A stretch of DNA of 64,000 nt from an uncultured virus (IMG/VR IMGVR_UViG_2061766007_000922) (IMGVR_UViG_2061766007_000922); one strand, 5' to 3'; shown: positions 28,563 to 38,522, counted from the stretch's first letter. Program-made: numbers and translations. The notes: generated by a model not told the origin, from the letters alone.

Positions 28563-28706
28563 TTTGAAGCCCCTTTGGTGGTTTGGTATTTGGTGGAAAT
28601 TTTATAAAGCAAAAGTTCGCCTCCAGTTCGGTGTAGCCAACGGCAGCGCTGCTACACCGAACCGAGGCTAAATGTTATGACAAGGCCGTCGCCCTGCTTG
28701 CCCCAT

Positions 28707-28750
28707 ATTATAGCAAAGGAAAAATTCTTTGTAAAGGGTTCTGCTATAAT
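28707..28750. promoter_or_regulatory. Divergent extended -10 promoters at the strand switch
   Basis: TGCTATAAT on minus (28715-28707) and plus (28742-28750). Confidence 0.75.
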
Positions 28751-28778
28751 ACGCCAGGCAAATTTAAGGATTTTTGCA

Positions 28779-29981
28779 ATGCTTGAAAAAATTTCAATTA
28801 AAAACTTTCAAAGCCACAAGGCCACGTCCATGGAACTTTCCCCGCTGGTGAACACCTTGCAGGGAAATTCCGACTGCGGCAAAAGCGCGGTAATGCGTGC
28901 CGTTTGCTGGCTTTTGTTTAACCCGGCGGGGGACTACTTTGTAAGCGATTGGGCGAAGAAGGGCAAAACCATTTCCGCCCCCTGCGAAGTTTCCGTTGTG
29001 GCGAACGGGCACACAATAACGCGCCGACGCGACAAGGATTTCAACGGGTACACCATGGACGGGCAGGTGTTTGAAGCGACTCGCAATAGCGTTCCGTCGC
29101 AAATACTGGAAGCGCTAGGGCTTGGCGAAGTGAACGTGCAGCGCCAACTGGACGCCCCGTTTTTGCTTTCCATGAGCGCCGGGGACGTTTCCCGGTACAT
29201 TAACTCCCTTGTGAACCTTTCCAGGATTGACCGCTGGACCGTTGCGGTGAACGGGCGCGGGCGCAGGTTGCAGCAGGACGCCGATGCAGCGCAGGAACGC
29301 GAAGAAAAGGCGCGTGCCGTGGTGGAATCGTTCGCGTACCTTGAAGGCCTGGAAGCATTAAGCACGCAGGCCACGGAACTGGAAGGCAAACTTGCCGCGC
29401 TGGAAGCCGCCGGGGACGAACTTGAAAATTCCGTTGTTAGGTACGACACCGAGCGCATTGTTTTGGAAGGGTTGCCGGATGTTGATAAGGTGTTTAATTT
29501 GTTGAATGGCGCGAGCGATTTGGCCTGCGGGGTTGAACGCCTGGGAACCATGGCGGCGGAACTTGCCGGGCAGGTTGAACACCACGGGGAAACGCAGGCC
29601 GCGATTGCCGCGCTCCCGAATATTGAACGGGCGCAGGAAGTGCTTAAGGAAGCCCAGGAAATTGCAGCCAGGCGCGAGCAGGTGGAAGGCAAGTTGGTCG
29701 CGCTTTCGGCGGACATAAACCGCAGGCTTTCGGTCAAGGTGCCGGAAGTGCCGGAAAGTTTGTTTGATGGCCTTGCCGAACTTGGGCGATGGAAGGGCGT
29801 GCTGCAAAACATGGACGCCCGCGTGCAGGCCTTGCAGAATGAACTTGCAAACCATGAAAAGGCAACGGCCTGGGCTTCGGAAGCCGGGGCGGAACTTGAA
29901 CCCGTACTGCGCCAACTGGACGGCATGGTTTGCCCCATGTGCGGGCGCAGCGGCGTGCATACGCACCAGGAGGAAAAATGA
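28779..29981 (+). CDS. SbcC/Rad50/gp46-like ATPase, N-terminal half ending at the zinc hook
   Basis: IKNFQSH, GNSDCGKS, Q-loop VQRQLD, coiled coil, CPMCG. Confidence 0.85.
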   Translation: MLEKISIKNFQSHKATSMELSPLVNTLQGNSDCGKSAVMRAVCWLLFNPAGDYFVSDWAKKGKTISAPCEVSVVANGHTITRRRDKDFNGYTMDGQVFEATRNSVPSQILEALGLGEVNVQRQLDAPFLLSMSAGDVSRYINSLVNLSRIDRWTVAVNGRGRRLQQDADAAQEREEKARAVVESFAYLEGLEALSTQATELEGKLAALEAAGDELENSVVRYDTERIVLEGLPDVDKVFNLLNGASDLACGVERLGTMAAELAGQVEHHGETQAAIAALPNIERAQEVLKEAQEIAARREQVEGKLVALSADINRRLSVKVPEVPESLFDGLAELGRWKGVLQNMDARVQALQNELANHEKATAWASEAGAELEPVLRQLDGMVCPMCGRSGVHTHQEEK

Positions 29982-30904
29982 AAATCTTAATTACCGCAGA
30001 CTGGCACGTTAGGGGCGAGCGCCCTTTGTGCCGCCTTGACGAAGACTGGATTGAAAGCCAGCGCAAAACAATTTCCGAAATTCGCTCCGTGTTTGAAAAT
30101 AACGGCTGCGACCAAATTTGGATTTTGGGTGACGTTTTTGACGCGCCGCGCTGCGCAACCGCCGCCGTGAATATGCTAATTGGGGAACTTAAAAAATTCC
30201 CGTTTGACAGCGTGAAAATTTTGTGCGGCAACCACGACCTAAAGGACCACAACTATGGCAACCTGGAAGAGTGCAGTATTGGCACCCTAAAGAAAATTTT
30301 TGGCGACGTGCCGGATGTTATTGCAAACGATGGAATTGGTTCCATGTCCGTTTCCGCAAAGCCCTTCGCGCTTGATGACCTGCAAAGTACCGCTGATGTA
30401 ATTTGTACGCACCAACTAACCTTCCCGAACGCGGAAGCCAGGCCGATGCCGGATTGCGGAGTGCTTGCGCAGGACCTGCTTGACCGGTGGCGTGAAGCGG
30501 AAGTTATTTTTACCGGGGACTATCATCACGGATATGTTTTTAAGGAAGACTGGGACACGCTGCCGGGGCGCTACGTTGTGACGCCGGGCTGCATTAACAT
30601 TCAAAAGGCGGACGAATTGGATTACCAGCCTTTTGTGGTGGTTTGGGACACGAAAAGCGCTTCCGGGGATTATGCCTTTGAAAAGTTCTACCTTGACCCC
30701 CAGCGCGAAAACTGCACCCGCGACCACATTGAAGCACGCGAACAAAACGAGGAGCAACTTGCGCAGGTGGTGGAAACCATTAAGGGCGGCGCGGAAATAA
30801 CGCTGGACTTTGACAGCAACCTTGCGGCGGCGGTTGCCAAGTGCGATGCGAATGTGGTGGAAGAATATGGGCTTGTGCGGCAGGAAGTGAACGCGGAAAA
30901 ATAA
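29978..30904 (+). CDS. SbcD/Mre11/gp47-like nuclease
   Basis: ITADWH, LGDVFD, GNHD, THQ, GDYHH, TPG. Confidence 0.9.
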   Translation: MKILITADWHVRGERPLCRLDEDWIESQRKTISEIRSVFENNGCDQIWILGDVFDAPRCATAAVNMLIGELKKFPFDSVKILCGNHDLKDHNYGNLEECSIGTLKKIFGDVPDVIANDGIGSMSVSAKPFALDDLQSTADVICTHQLTFPNAEARPMPDCGVLAQDLLDRWREAEVIFTGDYHHGYVFKEDWDTLPGRYVVTPGCINIQKADELDYQPFVVVWDTKSASGDYAFEKFYLDPQRENCTRDHIEAREQNEEQLAQVVETIKGGAEITLDFDSNLAAAVAKCDANVVEEYGLVRQEVNAEK

Positions 30905-30952
30905 ACGTGCCTGCTATAATATGCCATGAACAATTAACAAGGAAAAAACAAA

Positions 30953-31591
30953 ATGCGATATTTAGTTGTGGACATTAGCACCACCGCCCAGCCGGGCGTA
31001 GAAAATTCAACTTATCTTTCATGGGTGAACAAGCGCGGGAACTTTACGCCGGAGGAGGCGTATTCAAAGGCCGGGCTGCATCCGGAATATGGCATGATTT
31101 GCGGGCTTGCCGCCTGGTGGGTTTCGTTTGATGCCGGGTTTGAAAACTACACGCTTCACAAGGCGTATTCCGCAACCGCCAGCACGCCGGAAGAAGAGGA
31201 GCAGTTGCTGCTTGGCCTGGAAGAAAACCTGGGCGAGGATGTTGTGCTGGTTGGGCACAACGCGCAGGACTTTATCATTCCGTTCATTGCGAAGCGCTAC
31301 CTGGGGAACGGCCTGCGCCTGCCCGCCTGCATTTGGGAAGCAATTAACGACAAAACCTTTTATGACACCATGCGCGAACTTGCCTGCGGTGGCGCAAGCG
31401 TGATGAGCCTGCGTGCAAGCGCGTGGATGTTTGGCATTGACGACCCGCGTTCCGGCGTTGCGAGCCCGCGCTTTTACCAACTTTGCCAGGCGCACCGCAT
31501 GGGCGAAATTGAAGAACTTACCAACCAAAACGCAAAGGTCGCGGCAAAGGTTTTCGCGAACTGCGTTTTGGGCAACCTAATTCAACTTTAA
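30953..31591 (+). CDS. PolB-type 3'-5' exonuclease-like protein, probably inactive
   Basis: VVDIST, AGLHPEYGMI, LVGHNAQDFIIPF, YDTM; several DEDD acidic residues missing. Confidence 0.6.
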   Translation: MRYLVVDISTTAQPGVENSTYLSWVNKRGNFTPEEAYSKAGLHPEYGMICGLAAWWVSFDAGFENYTLHKAYSATASTPEEEEQLLLGLEENLGEDVVLVGHNAQDFIIPFIAKRYLGNGLRLPACIWEAINDKTFYDTMRELACGGASVMSLRASAWMFGIDDPRSGVASPRFYQLCQAHRMGEIEELTNQNAKVAAKVFANCVLGNLIQL

Positions 31592-31608
31592 AACAAGGAA
31601 AAAGAAAC

Positions 31609-31848
31609 ATGGCTGCAACGTTTGAAGAACTTAAAAGCAAGGCGGACGCGCTTAAAAGCAAGCGCGACCAATCCCTGGGCGTGATTAAAAGCATTGAAGA
31701 CGGCTGGGAGCAGAAGTACGGCACCCGCAACGCCGACGAACTTCGGGAACGCTTGAAGGGCATGGAAAAGGAACGCAACGAACTCAAGGCGGATTTTGAC
31801 GCCAAGTTGCAGGAAGCCGAGAAAATTTTGGAAGGTGCAAGCGTATGA
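31609..31848 (+). CDS. Small coiled-coil protein (likely middle piece of split SbcC)
   Basis: Heptad pattern; coupled to the SbcC C-terminal gene. Confidence 0.55.
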   Translation: MAATFEELKSKADALKSKRDQSLGVIKSIEDGWEQKYGTRNADELRERLKGMEKERNELKADFDAKLQEAEKILEGASV

Positions 31849-32447
31849 ACGCCGCGCAACTTGCGAGCAGGGTTTCCGAACTAAAGGGCAGGAAGTGGGC
31901 TGCGGAAAAGGAACTGGCGGAGGCTTCTGTCGCCCTGGGTTCCGCCCGTTCCCACCTTGCCGCCACAAACTCGCTCAAGGCGGTTGTGCAGCAGGTTGCA
32001 AAGGAAACCCAGGACAAACTCCGCCTTCGCTTTGAAGCCATTGTGCAGGCCTGCCTGGACGCGGTGTTCCCCGGCGCCTACAAGTTCATGATGGAATTTA
32101 TTTCCAGGCGTGGACAGGTGGAAGTGGACATGTGGCTGGACAAGGAAGGGACGCGCATGGACCCGCTTGATAGCAACGGCGGCGGAGTTGTGGATGTGAT
32201 GAGCATTGCGCTGCGCCTTTGCTGCCTTACGCTTTCGTCCAACGCCCGCGTTCTTTTGCTGGACGAACCTTTTGGGCACCTGCGCGGGGAAGCACGCGAA
32301 CGCCTTGGGGCGTTGCTTGCTATAATTTCCGAGCGGCTTAACGTGCAGATTTTAATGGTTGGCGATGTTGCCGGGAACGTTGTAAGTGGAAAGGAATTTC
32401 GCATTTCAAAGGTTGCCGGAATTAGCGTTGTAAAGGAAAGCGCATGA
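31845..32447 (+). CDS. SbcC/Rad50-like ATPase, C-terminal half
   Basis: Signature SNGGG; Walker B LLLDEPF. Confidence 0.85.
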   Translation: MNAAQLASRVSELKGRKWAAEKELAEASVALGSARSHLAATNSLKAVVQQVAKETQDKLRLRFEAIVQACLDAVFPGAYKFMMEFISRRGQVEVDMWLDKEGTRMDPLDSNGGGVVDVMSIALRLCCLTLSSNARVLLLDEPFGHLRGEARERLGALLAIISERLNVQILMVGDVAGNVVSGKEFRISKVAGISVVKESA

Positions 32448-32701
32448 CACGAAAGGAAGTTGAAATTTACGCGGTTGAACACGGGCTGGAATTGCCCGTT
32501 TTAACCGACGGCGATGATGCCATTGTTGGGGTGGTTTGCGAAGGCGGCGTGCCCCGCGTGGTGTATTCAAAGGGTCGTTTTATTGCTGCGCTTCAAGTTG
32601 GCGGCATGACGGAAGAAGAAGCGTTGGAATGGTTTGATTATAATACCGCCCACTCCCTGCCGTACATGGGCGAAAACCATCCGGTCTTTGTGGAGCCGTA
32701 A
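32444..32701 (+). CDS. Conserved phage hypothetical protein
   Basis: DDAIVGV..VYS..MTEEEALEWFDYN..P pattern. Confidence 0.6.
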   Translation: MTRKEVEIYAVEHGLELPVLTDGDDAIVGVVCEGGVPRVVYSKGRFIAALQVGGMTEEEALEWFDYNTAHSLPYMGENHPVFVEP

Positions 32702-33637
32702 ATGGTTGACTTTGAAGCAATATGCAAGCAACTGGACATTCCCTACTGGACAAGTGGCAAGAACAATGCGCCCGGCTGCATAACTATTCATTGCCCTTGC
32801 TGCCCGCCGGAAAGCCCCGACCCCAGCAGGCACGGCAACCTAAACCCGGAAGACGGCTCTTATGCGTGCTGGCGCTGCAAGGGTTCACACCCGGCGGTCG
32901 TTATTGCACGCGCAGGGCGTTGCAGCGTGCAGGCCGCAAGCGATTTAATTCGCAAGTACACAACTGGCGCCGCAAGAACAAAGCGCGAAGCGGTGCAAAT
33001 GGCGGAAAGCATTTCACTTCCCGGAAGCCATACGCCCCAGCAAATGCACACAAAGTATCTAGAGGGGCGCGGCTTTGATGTTGGCGAACTTGAATTTTAT
33101 CACGGCATACGCTACACCGGAATGATGGAAAAGTGGAACGGCGTGGATTGGGGCTGGCGCGTCATTATACCAGTATTTGACCGCCGGAACAAACTTGTTT
33201 CGTTCCAGGGGCGTGCCATTTTCCCGCAGCAGGACCCGCGCTACCTTTTCCCGCCGAAGGAGCGCCAGGTGCGCGATTGCAAAACCCTGCTTTATGGGGC
33301 AGAACTTTGCGGCGGCGCTTCCGACCTGCTGGTGGTGGAAGGCGTGATGGACGCGTGGAAACTTGGCGCTGGCGCGGTTTGTACCTTTGGCAGCAGCGTC
33401 ACAAAGGAGCAGGTGCTTGAAATGGCGTCCTGGCGCCGGGTTTTCCTTGCGTTTGACAACGAGCCCGCAGCGCAGGAGCACGCCCGCGACGTGGCAATGC
33501 AACTTTCCGCCCTGGGCGTGGATGCCTACGTGGTGAACACCGACTTTGGCTTGAACCAGGACGGCAGCGTGCGAGACGTTGGCGACCTGCCCATGGACGA
33601 CGCCCGTGCGTTTAGGCGCCAGGTTTTGGGTAAATGA
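32702..33637 (+). CDS. DNA primase (Zn finger + Toprim)
   Basis: CPCC..H..CWRC, YLEGRG, FQGR, VVEGVMD, FDNE. Confidence 0.85.
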   Translation: MVDFEAICKQLDIPYWTSGKNNAPGCITIHCPCCPPESPDPSRHGNLNPEDGSYACWRCKGSHPAVVIARAGRCSVQAASDLIRKYTTGAARTKREAVQMAESISLPGSHTPQQMHTKYLEGRGFDVGELEFYHGIRYTGMMEKWNGVDWGWRVIIPVFDRRNKLVSFQGRAIFPQQDPRYLFPPKERQVRDCKTLLYGAELCGGASDLLVVEGVMDAWKLGAGAVCTFGSSVTKEQVLEMASWRRVFLAFDNEPAAQEHARDVAMQLSALGVDAYVVNTDFGLNQDGSVRDVGDLPMDDARAFRRQVLGK

Positions 33638-33676
33638 CGCTATAATAACGCACAACCACAAAAGGAAAAACTAAAA

Positions 33677-34460
33677 ATGGAAATTAAAGGAAAGGTTCAT
33701 TGCTTCTTTGAACAAAGCGGCACATTCAAGAACGAATTTATCAAGTTGGGCATACCTGCGGAAGATTACGACATACAAAACAACTTCGGGCAAACCGACC
33801 ACACCGATGACCTATTTGCCGAAATAGAAAAGGCGTGGGAAAATAAACCTAGTATTTTTGATAACATAACAAAGGACGACCTAATTGTGGCGTTCTTCCC
33901 GTGCATCAAGTTCTGCAACATTGCGGAATATAATCAACGCAGTGCCCAGGAGCATTTAAGGCGAATCGGTAAACCAATAAAGGATATATATATATCTTAA
34001 GAAGGAAAGTGATGAAAGGTACTTTTTTTATCAAAAGTGCTTAAAACTGCATGGCATTGTGGAAATGCGCGGGCTTCGGATGATTATGGAAAACCCGTGG
34101 AATGAAACAAATTATACAAACTATTTTTGGTTCAAAAATGTGTCCCTCATAGATAGGGATAGAACGCAGCGCGGGGATTTTTTCAAAAAGCCTACCGGAT
34201 ACTGGTTTACGAACTGCGAACCTACAAATGGGTTTTCTTACCAGCAAACACCAAAGGAAAAAATTAGGAACACGGATATTGGATACTGGAAGAAAAAACC
34301 AAATTCAAAGCCTAAAAATTTGAGGGCAAAAGGTAGTTCGGAAGCAGGCTTGTGCAGCGAAGAACGCTCAATGATTAGCCCGGACTATGCAAGAAACTTT
34401 ATTTGCGACTTTATACTTGGCAAGGAGCAGGGGACGCCGAAGGAAGTGGAGTTGTGGTAA
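33677..34460 (+). CDS. C5-cytosine methyltransferase-like protein, frameshifted at (AT)6
   Basis: HCFFEQSG, AFFPC (PC motif), MENP, KKPT; the two halves join across 33984-33995; AT-rich. Confidence 0.65.
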
Positions 34461-34518
34461 ATAAACACAACTTGCTATAATGTGTTAAACCTAAAAACAA
34501 CCAAAAGGAAAAACAAAA

Positions 34519-35643
34519 ATGATTCAAACCGAAAAAACGAAAATGGTGGACGCCATGCGTGCAGTTATGCCGGGCGTTGAAAAGGGAACGAGCGGCATTG
34601 AAGGCGCAAACCTTTTCCTCTTCAAGGACAACCGAATTTTCACCTACAACGGCGTGACTTCCGTTAGCGTGCCCTTTGACATGGGCGGCGCCAAGTTCGG
34701 CGTGAAGGCTGCGGACCTTTTTGCGTTTGTTAGCAAGTTGAACGACCTGCTGGTGAACGTGGAACTTGTTATGGACAAGGAAAACCCGGAGCGCGTGAAA
34801 TCCGTCAAGGTGACCAGCGGCAAGGCGAAGGCAAACTTTGCGCTTGCGGACACGACTGAAATTGAAAAGTACCTGGAAGGCATTGCGTTTGAAGAAGGCA
34901 AGCCGTGCCCGGAAAACTTTGCGGAAGCCTTTGCGCTTACCATTATCAAAAACAACATTCACGCCGAAATGAAGGGCGTTGTGACCACCAAAATCGGCGA
35001 CAAGACCTTCCTTGCCGCAAGCGACAAGCGCCGAATTTCCGTGCATGAACTGAACGGCGAAATGGAAGAATTTAAGGTGGACGATGATGTGCTTGCGGAT
35101 GCCTTGAAGTTGGGCAACCCCAAAACATACGCCGTCGTCGGACCCTGGCTTCACCTGGGCTTTGATGGGAACGTGACCTTTAGTTGCATTCGCCAGGACA
35201 TTTCCCAGTTCAACGCCCCGGCAATGTTGCAGGCGATGGACAGGCTTTACACCATTGCCCCGGCGGTGGAAGGCAAGTTGCCCAAGGAGCTGCCGGAAGC
35301 CATTGCCCGCGTTTCCGCACTTGCCGACGTTGCCAACGCGAACACGGGCTTGACCGCACGCCTTACGTTCACGGCGGAGGGAATTACCGCCTACACCGAA
35401 AAGCAGGGCAGCGGCAACGCCGAAGAACTGGTGCCGTGGGACGCCGAGGTGAAGTTTGGCGAACCGGGCGCCGAGGTGCAGGCCTGGGTTTCCATTAACA
35501 TTTTGCTGGAAGCCGGAAACAAGGTGACGGACTTTAAGGTGGTTTGCACCAACCCGCAGCGCAAATCCTACGCCTTCCTTTTCACTGGCGAAAACTACAA
35601 GGCGCTGGTGGGCGGCATTACCTTGAAGGACGAGCAGAAGTAG
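34519..35643 (+). CDS. Beta-type sliding clamp
   Basis: 374 aa; AASDKRRI (ATD-like); three-domain spacing; adjacent to polymerase; clamp loader present. Confidence 0.65.
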   Translation: MIQTEKTKMVDAMRAVMPGVEKGTSGIEGANLFLFKDNRIFTYNGVTSVSVPFDMGGAKFGVKAADLFAFVSKLNDLLVNVELVMDKENPERVKSVKVTSGKAKANFALADTTEIEKYLEGIAFEEGKPCPENFAEAFALTIIKNNIHAEMKGVVTTKIGDKTFLAASDKRRISVHELNGEMEEFKVDDDVLADALKLGNPKTYAVVGPWLHLGFDGNVTFSCIRQDISQFNAPAMLQAMDRLYTIAPAVEGKLPKELPEAIARVSALADVANANTGLTARLTFTAEGITAYTEKQGSGNAEELVPWDAEVKFGEPGAEVQAWVSINILLEAGNKVTDFKVVCTNPQRKSYAFLFTGENYKALVGGITLKDEQK

Positions 35644-35722
35644 GGCTTTCCTGGTTGCCATAGGAGAAGGGGCGGTTTTGCTATAATACGGCAAAGCCGC
35701 CTTTTTACTTGGAGAATTTTTA

Positions 35723-37642
35723 ATGGTGGACACAAAAAAGCGAATAACGTTTGACATTGAAACATACAACGCCGCCTTCATTGTGACGGCGCTTATTAAC
35801 GGCAGCGAGTGGCAGGAATACGTTGTTTGCCCCAGCGTGCAGGGCTACCCGCAGCAAGTGGACTGTTCGGTGGTGCGCGGCTGGCTGCGCAGCCTTCAAG
35901 GTAGTTGGGCGGTCACGTATAACGGCAAAAGTTTTGACCTTCGCGTGCTTTCGTGGATTGCGAACTGCGGAAAGGAAACGCTTACAACCGAAGAAATTGC
36001 GCAGGCCGCTGGCAAACTTATTTCCGACCTAAACGCAAAGTTCGGCCACCCCAAAACGTCACCCTGCTGGGACGTAAAGTATTCCGAAATTGCAAGGGTG
36101 CGCAGGCAGCACTTTGACGTTTTGAAGTGCTACACCATAGAACATTCCCTTAAGTGGTGGGAAATGCGGCGCGGCTGGGCAATTAAGGAAACCAGCGTGC
36201 CGTGGGACAAGCCCACGCTCACGGAAAAGGAATTGCTGGACTGCCGCCGCTATTGCAGGCATGACGTTTATTGCACCGACCGCCTTTACATGGAAAAGGA
36301 TTGCCAGGAGCACATTGAAGCCCGCCAGTGGGTAATTGATAACGCCGACTGCGAAATTTTCCCGGACGTGCCGAACGCGGAACTTGCGGAACTTTATTGC
36401 TACGGGGACGGCGAAACCGCCGACGAAATTGAAACCTGCTTTGACCTGGTGCCGTGGGACACGTTTAAGGTTCCCGAAGATTTTTTGTACAAAATGATGC
36501 AAATTGCACGCCACGAAATTGAAAGTTTTGAGTGGCGCGGCATTACCTACGGGGCGGGCGGTGCGCACTATGCAAAGCCGGGGCGCCACAAGGGCGTGAA
36601 AATTTTTGACGTTGCTTCGCTTTACCCTCATATTATTTGGTTTATTACAAAGTTAAAAACGCCGCAGGCGCTGGAGCGATATGTTGGCTGCATTTTGAAG
36701 CGCCTGGAAAACAAGCGCAAGAAGGGGACGCCGGAATATAGCAAGAGCGCGGACAAGGGCTTGAAACTGGTGCTTAATAGTTTGTCCGGAAAGTTTGGGC
36801 AAAAGGGCTCCAAGGCATACGCGCCGGAACACCGCCTTGCAATGTGCATTATTGGGCAAACCCTAATCACGGAAGCGGCCTGCGCCGCCTGCGGGGACAA
36901 CTTTGAAAACCTAATTGAAATTAACACCGATTCCTTCGCGGTGCTGGGCGAAAAGGAAATTGAACGAGCCCGCGCATACTGCGACACAAAGCCGCACGGC
37001 TTCACCTTTGAAGAAGACGACTTTGCGGATAGTTATTGGAAGGATGTAAACAATTACTTTGTTTACAAGTTTGGCGAAGGTGGCCTGTCGCTTAAGGAAG
37101 CGCACGGCAAGGTCGGCACCAACCTGGACGAAGACCACTCCGAAACCATTGTGACCGAAAGCCTGGCGCTGGCGGTGCGCATGGAAGTGGGTGCGGAGTT
37201 GGCGCTGGCGGAAATTAAAAACCCGGCGCCAGCCCTGCGCGTGGAAAACTGCGTGGTCAAGTATTCCAAGGCGGTGTCCGCAGTGAATGCCGCAATAGGC
37301 GGCAAGCCGCTGGACTGCAAATACTATTATTTCCTTTGGACTACACCGGAATGCCCCAATTCCTGCCGCGTGCAGTTTTCCGGCGAAAAAATTGACAAGT
37401 ACGGAACGGTCGCGGTGCGTCATGGGGTTTATGGCTTTAGCCTGGAAGAATTGCGAAAGTACGAACAATATATTGACCCGGAGCAGTACCTGGAAGACCT
37501 TAAAAAGCAACTTGCAGTGTGGGGGCGCAAGGATTTGTTCACCCCCGTAAAGGCGCGGAACGTGCCGGAACACTGCACAACGTTCCACGAGGTGCGGCAG
37601 GTCGCTGGCGGCTTTTTTGACATGCCCGATGATTTGTTTTAA
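35723..37642 (+). CDS. Family B DNA polymerase
   Basis: FDIETY, YNGKSFD, YCRHDV, FDVASLYP, KLVLNSLSGK, INTDS; ends DDLF. Confidence 0.9.
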   Translation: MVDTKKRITFDIETYNAAFIVTALINGSEWQEYVVCPSVQGYPQQVDCSVVRGWLRSLQGSWAVTYNGKSFDLRVLSWIANCGKETLTTEEIAQAAGKLISDLNAKFGHPKTSPCWDVKYSEIARVRRQHFDVLKCYTIEHSLKWWEMRRGWAIKETSVPWDKPTLTEKELLDCRRYCRHDVYCTDRLYMEKDCQEHIEARQWVIDNADCEIFPDVPNAELAELYCYGDGETADEIETCFDLVPWDTFKVPEDFLYKMMQIARHEIESFEWRGITYGAGGAHYAKPGRHKGVKIFDVASLYPHIIWFITKLKTPQALERYVGCILKRLENKRKKGTPEYSKSADKGLKLVLNSLSGKFGQKGSKAYAPEHRLAMCIIGQTLITEAACAACGDNFENLIEINTDSFAVLGEKEIERARAYCDTKPHGFTFEEDDFADSYWKDVNNYFVYKFGEGGLSLKEAHGKVGTNLDEDHSETIVTESLALAVRMEVGAELALAEIKNPAPALRVENCVVKYSKAVSAVNAAIGGKPLDCKYYYFLWTTPECPNSCRVQFSGEKIDKYGTVAVRHGVYGFSLEELRKYEQYIDPEQYLEDLKKQLAVWGRKDLFTPVKARNVPEHCTTFHEVRQVAGGFFDMPDDLF

Positions 37643-37647
37643 CGTTC

Positions 37648-37673
37648 AAGCCCGGCACATTTGCCGGGTTTTT
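37648..37673 (+). terminator. Intrinsic terminator after polymerase
   Basis: CCCGGCA-CATT-TGCCGGG-TTTTT. Confidence 0.75.
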
Positions 37674-37675
37674 GT

Positions 37676-37777
37676 GTAAACAAAATTTTTACATAAAAAT
37701 TTAAAAAAATCGCTTGCATATCTAGCAAATAAATGCTATATTAAGGTCATAAGCAATTAACAATTAACCACAAGGAG
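37676..37777 (+). promoter_or_regulatory. Repeated early promoter/leader cassette, copy B
   Basis: TTGCAT (37714)-17-TATATT (37737). Confidence 0.85.
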
Positions 37778-37783
37778 CCAACC

Positions 37784-38071
37784 ATGAGCACACCCTGCAT
37801 CATTACCCGCAAAGAAAACCCCACCATCGCAGTTTACATTCACTGGGACGGCTACGATAAGCAGATGGTTCAAGACATTGTAAACATTGCGAAGAAAAAC
37901 AACGCCCGCAACCCGAACAACGACGAAGCCTACGGAATAGCCCGCCTGGTTTGCGCCTGCCAGGAGTATTTCCAGGACCAAACCACGGGCTTCGGTGTGG
38001 GCACGCCGAGCAGTTTTTACTATGACTTTCACTGGGTTGTAGACGAAGACTGGAACGTTAGGGAAGCCTAA
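37784..38071 (+). CDS. Early hypothetical protein (YxHWDGY family)
   Basis: MST..VYIHWDGY. Confidence 0.65.
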   Translation: MSTPCIITRKENPTIAVYIHWDGYDKQMVQDIVNIAKKNNARNPNNDEAYGIARLVCACQEYFQDQTTGFGVGTPSSFYYDFHWVVDEDWNVREA

Positions 38072-38074
38072 ACC

Positions 38075-38139
38075 TGCCGAAACGCCCTGCCGGGCGTCCG
38101 CAGCCGGGTGGCACCCGCTGCGCCGATGATGGCAAGCCA
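38075..38139 (+). ncRNA. Type II hammerhead ribozyme (variant core CCGAUGA)
   Basis: Stem II UGCC/GGCA, GAAA, stem III CGCCC/GGGCG, GUC triplet, stem I CGCAGC/GCUGCG, CCGAUGA, loop-I UGGC / 3' GCCA pseudoknot. Confidence 0.75.
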
Positions 38140-38168
38140 AGAATTAACAATTAGCAAGGAGCAAGACC

Positions 38169-38522
38169 ATGGCAATGAAAATCGTTTCGCAGCAGACCAA
38201 GAAGTTCACCATTAACGGGAAGGAAGTTGAGTGCGTTGTGACCCGCCGCGAGGGCAAGGTGCGCAGGCGCGACGGGTGGCGCCAGTGCGTTTCCACCGAA
38301 GGCCATTGCAGCCTTTACGAAAATTGCTACTGGTTCCCGGAAAACACCGATGGAAACGAAACCGCCGCCTTTAGTTGCGACGGGTGGGAACCGCGTGAGC
38401 CGGAATTTGCGGACGTGGATGCGGTTGTGACCGCCATGGTTCGCGAAATGAAGGGCTGGGGCGATGCTGGCGAAGCCGACCGGGAAATTGAACGCATTGC
38501 AAAGGAGGCTCAAAATGCTTAA
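38169..38522 (+). CDS. Early hypothetical protein
   Basis: Preceded by the leader copy AATTAACAATTAGCAAGGAG. Confidence 0.65.
   Translation: MAMKIVSQQTKKFTINGKEVECVVTRREGKVRRRDGWRQCVSTEGHCSLYENCYWFPENTDGNETAAFSCDGWEPREPEFADVDAVVTAMVREMKGWGDAGEADREIERIAKEAQNA

Noticed and set aside
34411..35781. Long antisense ORFs (also 19040..20251, 47751..49040, 53228..54196)
   Set aside because: Shadows of real genes caused by codon bias; no motifs or RBS.
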